A stretch of DNA of 64,000 nucleotides from Anolis carolinensis (Eukaryota), in contig NC_085846.1 of the NCBI RefSeq assembly GCF_035594765.1, positions 18,339,190 through 18,403,189 on the forward strand, in the 5' to 3' direction. Each line of letters opens with the position of its first letter. The stretch's first letter is position 1. Shown here one piece after another: positions 58,621-64,000 of this stretch. The notes under the pieces are model-generated. The model was not told the origin of the DNA and did not search any database. It was given only the letters and a program-made list of their open reading frames with translations. Made by a program: the position numbers and the translations under genes.

Positions 58621-61600
58621 ATGCAGAACGCCCTTGGACCGGCTTGCATCTTCCTTCGCAAGGGGATTGCTGAGAAGCAAGGGGTATGGGACATCTTCAA
58701 GTTGGGGTGGTGAGGGTGATGAAGATTGTCTTATGGGACAGGGCAAAAGCTCTCAAATATGAAAGCACAGAGGATGGACTACCTATTTTATTTGTGCAAA
58801 CCAACATTCTTGATTTCTCTTTGGATAATATTTAGTATGTTGAATGCATTCAGACTGCTGATATCAATTGGAAAGAGATATTGTTGGTTTGCTATGGGCT
58901 CTCATTTCCATTTTCACATCTGGCAAAAAGGAGTTTTTAAAAATAAATTCCCAAAGCCTTTGTGTTACAGAAGTGACACCGTGGGATGATGAAAAGTCTG
59001 GGCACATCTACACTGTAGAATTAATGCAGTTTGGTGCCACATTAACTGGCATAGCTCAATGCTATGGAATCATCGGAATTGTCTTTGGCAGAAAAGGCTA
59101 AAGAACTTGTAAAACTATAGCTCCCATGATCCCATTGCATTGAGCCATCGTAATCAAAGTGGCATGCCAAACGTCATTATTTCTATAGTGTAGATACAAT
59201 GGTGGTTTCCAGTTTATGGGTCTCATAGCTGGCAATGTCTATCAATATCTTTTGGACCCTTGGCTCATGAAGTCTCCCTTTTGATTCTTTCCCCAAAGCA
59301 GACACTGTCCATCCCAGCTTGTCCTGGGCTAAGTAGCCAGCAGATCCCTCTATTATTTTCCTTAACATCCTCCCTTGTTTATGGACTCACCTTGTATGCA
59401 CTTAAAGTTTTGAGGAAGAGTCTCTCTCTGGAACCATGTCTGTGGATTATTGGAGGCAGGCTGGAATGGTCTCCTTGTCCCCAGACTCCTGTGCTGTGCA
59501 CTTGCTCTTTTGCAGACTCTGTATTCATTGGTTTGCGTAGCTGAATTTTAAGGATCGATAGCTCTTTTGTTCTCTCTCTTGCTGCAATCGCTGGATCTAG
59601 TTTGTCCTTCTCTGTACCTCTAAATATCGAACTGTCAACAAATGGAGCATCGCTGCATTTCTGGCAGTTCAATGCAACGATTTTGACTGGCCTCAGGGAA
59701 GAGAAACACTTTCTATGTTGAAGCATTGCATTCAGTTGGTCTGATGGAACGATGGCTTAGGAATTAGAGCATCTACATTCTTGATTTCTCTAGCTTCAGA
59801 AAAAGGAGGATTTTTAGGGAGTGGGTTGGAGTTGGAGCCTTCCAAGGTGGATGTTTTGCAATGAATGTCTCTGCGTCTCATTTGCAGGAGCGGGAACTTG
59901 GCGCAGATGAAATTGAAGGTAAGTGTGTGGGACGGTGTGTATATGTGTGCATACACAAATTATGGTTGCCAGACCCCCTTTATAAATTATCTCTTTCTTT
60001 TAAATGCTGGAAAGCTTGTCCATTATAGGACTTCTTATAAGGGATGCCCTGAACTTGTGGGCTGGAAAACCTTTTATGCTTTATAGACTCACCAAGAAGT
60101 GGGGAAATCCTATATTTTTTGTGTGGGACTTTCATGAAGATAGAAATCTGTGCACTGTGTTCATTTTACAGAAGCAAATGTTTAAGTTTATTGAAATCAA
60201 TAATGTTATTAATAACTAATTCCTAACTGACAACTCAGCACATTATGAATCTTCACCCTTTTTTGCTATATTGAAAACCTGGCAACACTTATGTGAATGG
60301 ATATGTGATCTTCAGTGAAAGTTTCTCAAGCTCTTGCCCTAAGAACTCTTGAAAACTCTTTGGAAGTCCGTGAGAGAGTTATGTAATGGGACAATCAGGA
60401 ACAGAGTATCTTCCTATGCATGTAATTTTGTCCATCCCTGACAACTTTCCCTTAAATATGAGGATGGAAAGGAGTATCAGTTAAACTGTTAATCCATGTA
60501 AGGTTATAGTGAGACCTCATGCTTTCCTGATTTTTCTGCTAAAAAGATGCTGGACCTATTCTGCATTATGTCTTATATATTAAATCTACAATTTATTCAG
60601 TTACTCATTACAGAATCATGTTTTTTTTAAAAACGTTACAGAGTTGCAAGATCCTAAAATGTACAGAGCACTGGATCTATAAGGAATTTGATATTTTGGC
60701 CCTGGTGGCACAGTGTGTTAAAGTGCTGAGCTGCTGAACTTGCGGACCAAAAGGTCCCAGGTTCAAATCCCAGGAGCTGAATGAACGGCCGCTGTTATTT
60801 ATTTATTTATTTATTTATTTGCGACATTTATATACCGCCCTTCTCACCCCGAAGGGGACTCAAGGTGGTTTACAAGTATATATACATACAATATATTATA
60901 TTATACAATTATATCGCAATATTATTAATAATATTGCATGTAATATAAATATACAATTATAATAGTGAATTATAATTATTATTACATTGTATTACATCAT
61001 AATATTATTATTTATATTACATGTATATACAATGTATTATAATATTAGTATAGTATAATATTATTATATATCATTATATCATTAAATTGATACAGGAGAC
61101 ATGGTGGAAAGATGTCTTCCCGGCCCCGCCTTCTTCATTCTGCTCCAGATATAAAACTAGCATAGCATGTTATTGCGGATAGGGGCCTCTAGCTGATGTA
61201 AAGAGACAAGATGGAACTGTCTTCATGGCTCCCTCTTAGCTCTGGCACCTGAGCGTCAGTTGGAGATGGTGGGAGGGTTAGGGTTAGCCCCAGCTCCTGC
61301 CAACTTAGCAGTTCGAAAACATGCAAATGTGAGTAGGTCAATAGGTACCGCTCTAGCGGGAAGGTAACAGCGCTCCATGCAGTCATGCCGGCCACATGAC
61401 CTCGGAGGTGTCTATGGACAACGCCAGCTCTTCGGCTTAGAAATGGAGATGAGCACCAACCCCCAGAGTCGGTCACAACTGGACTTAACATCAGGGGAAA
61501 CCTTTACCTTTACCTTTACCTTTATGAGAAACAGGAAGAAAGCCCTTCAAAAATATTAAAACCAAAAGAAACCATCAACATTAGCAATGATCATAATCAT

Positions 61601-64000
61601 AATATTGTTTCCTCCATAGGACCAAGCAGGGGTTTTTATGAGGCTGTATGTGACTTGCCCAAATGGTTTCCATGGCCAAACAGGGAATTGAACCCTGGTG
61701 TCTAGAATTGTAATTCAGTGCTCTGGTGTTTGCAAACCGCCCACCAAGGCATAAATGGTCCCTAGATGCTGACGGTATAGAACAGGTCAGCACACGTACA
61801 TACTTAGGTCTAGTCTTCTCGGACTCAGGTTCATGGTGCACACATTTTCACTCATGCGCAATTAAAACAAGGGCACGCTCAAGCACTCTGGTAAGACTAC
61901 TAACCCATAGATACTTGGGGTCCTTAAGTCCAATAATAAAAATTTATAAAGCAAAGATTGTCCCTATGATTTTGGAGTCTAAACAAATTATCAATAGTGG
62001 AACAAGCCCAATTAAAAATTTTAAGACGGATGCTGGGGGTAGACATAAGGACCACTGTGTCAGGAGCGACTTGAGAAACTGCAAGTTGTTTCTAGTGTGA
62101 GGGAATTGGCCATCTGCAAGGACATTGCTCAGGGGACACCTGGATATTTCACCATCCCGTGGGAGACTTCTCTCATGCCCCTGCATGGGAAGCTGGAGCT
62201 GACAGATGAGAGCTCACCCTGCTCCCCGGATTCAAACCACCAGCCTTTTGGTCAGCAATCCTGCCGGCACAAGGGTTTAGTCCATCGTGCCACCGAAGAT
62301 GTATATATTACAAATCAGGGTCTTCAATTATTGGTCAAAAATAAAAAATCTGGAAAATGGTAGACTAATTTGGCGGAACAAACTAGCGGCCAAATTCAAG
62401 ATTCCTGGTCAGACCAATTAATAAGGTTCCTCTGTACTTGTGGATTACAAATCTCGTCTTCAAGTCACAACAGGGAAGTTGAAAAAAGGTTAGTAACTCA
62501 AAGGATTTTAGATTTAGAAGTGCAAAAAGACATAGCCACTCTATCAAACATAGGCTCCTTGAAGTCGTCAGGTCATTTTAGCAGACACTTTACTTAAAAA
62601 TAGATTTGCCAAGACACCCAAGAGTCATTTTTACAAGGGCCAGATTTGAACCAATGGAGTCAGTGGAGAGACACGGTAGATTTAATCAGGTCCCACCTGA
62701 AGAAAGACTCTGAATCTGCAGTGCCCTGGAAGTTGAAAATTAGAACCACATATTACATAAATGCTGTCTGTATGAAAAAGATAGGAAAAAATACATGGTC
62801 TTTAATTTGTAATAAAACGAGCTGGGATACATCAGCCAAAACCACATTTTTACTAGCCGGTTCTAACCCTGTCTTAACAAAAGTTGCTCTTTATCTTTAT
62901 AAAGCAGCTAAAAGGAGATTAGAGTATATTGATCATATTGGCACACAGTGTAAGGAGACGAGGACATCTGATTTTCGTATTTAGGATTAAGGCATATTTA
63001 GTTTCCAGTAGGTCTCCACTTTTTCCTTCTGTATATGTATATTTATATTTATATTCAGACTAGATTTATACTGTTCGTTGTGATTATATTATGTATTTTG
63101 ATAAGGCCAATTGACTGATCAATAAAATCGTTTTGTTTCGTAGTTCAGTGCTCAAACCACTAAATCACACTTCTTACATAATTGACTTTCTGCTATTTAG
63201 GTTTTAGAAATAGTGTCACCGGGGGGAGGGTGGTGGTGGTGGTGGGATAGTTAGTAAATATAACAATACTTTGTTTACATATTGTATTCATCATTATAAA
63301 ATAAAATATTTCATAAAGGTTTTCCCTTGACATTAAGTCTAGTTGTGTCCATCTCTGGGAGTTGGTGCTCATCTCCGTTTCTAAGCCGAAGAGCCGGCGT
63401 TGTCCATGGACACCTCCAAGGTCATGTGGCCAGCATGACTGCATGGAGCGCCGTTACCTTCCCACCAAAGTGGTACCTATTGAATAGACCTATTGATCTA
63501 CTCACATCTTCATGTTTTCGAACTGCTAGGTTGGCAGAAGCTGGGGCTGACAGTGGGAGCTCACCCTGCTCCCTGGATTCAAACCGCCAACTTTTCAGTC
63601 AGCAAGTTCAGCAGCTCAGCGGTTTAACCCACTGTGCCATTGGGGGGGCTCCTAAAATATTCCATAACCCTTCAAAAATATTTTTGAGAAAAATAAGCTT
63701 CAGGAAAAAAAGGGAACAAAGGTGTCTCCCTCCCCCCCTCCCCCCACAAATCTTCACACATTCGATGGAAGGCTAGATTCCCCATTCCACCAGCTTCCAT
63801 AAACCTGATCCCAAAGGACATCACTGGAGCTTACTGCAAACCAGATTCCAACCCTCTGTAAGACAATTTGGCTTCATTGGTTAGGAATCCTACTTTTTCC
63901 TTACTATTTTTTATTGTTTACTTCTCCCCCCCCCCCCCCCCCAACTTAACACCTCTATGATGACAATGTCAAACCAGAGCTCCGTGAGGCCTTTGAGGAG
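58621..64000 (+). CDS. CABP5: Calcium-binding protein 5 (CaBP family EF-hand), exons 1-2 and start of exon 3; truncated by the window
   Basis: Exons 58621-58683 (MQNALGPACIFLRKGIAEKQG), 59888-59918 (ERELGADEIE) and 63978-end (ELREAFEE). Matches the recalled CABP5 N-terminus MQFPMGPACIFLRKGIAEKQRERPLGQDEIEELREAF. Confidence 0.9.
60698..61522 (+). mobile_element. Sauria SINE split by a ~485-bp insertion
   Basis: 5' half ends '...gctgtta' at 60797; the 3' half resumes 'gttagccccagc' at 61283. Confidence 0.75.
61735..63135 (+). mobile_element. Degraded non-LTR retrotransposon 3' region with a nested SINE (62056-62295)
   Basis: YLGLVFSDSGSW...IYKAKIVPMIL post-RT motif, AATAAA and a simple-repeat tail. 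Confidence 0.6.
63314..63652 (-). mobile_element. Sauria SINE
   Basis: Reverse-complement full body. Confidence 0.85.

Overview
Vertebrate genomic DNA, not prokaryotic. The repeat content (Sauria SINEs, Vingi, R4/Dong, Penelope, palindromic hAT MITEs) points to a squamate, most likely an Anolis lizard (inference). By reading splice sites by hand I reconstructed six intron-containing genes with consistent exon phases: the 3' half of SPNS1 (+); a complete LAT (+, 11 coding exons, about 208 aa); a 3-exon gene for a predicted secreted single-IgV protein of the B7-H6/NCR3LG1 type with a Cys-flanked coiled-coil tail (+, 196 aa); an intact 8-exon ADP-ribosylarginine hydrolase (ARH1-family) gene (+, 362 aa); an uncharacterised 10-exon WD40 gene (-, about 348 aa); and the first three exons of CABP5 (+). 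Most ORFs in the supplied track are intronic or repeat noise. The most interesting items are the three poorly known genes between LAT (human 16p11.2) and CABP5 (human 19q13.3), especially the soluble, probably oligomeric B7-family IgV next to LAT. Also notable are a possible LTR-borne RFX promoter and an antisense exon interleaved with CABP5 for the WD40 gene. Gene identities rest on recalled protein sequences; no database search was run.
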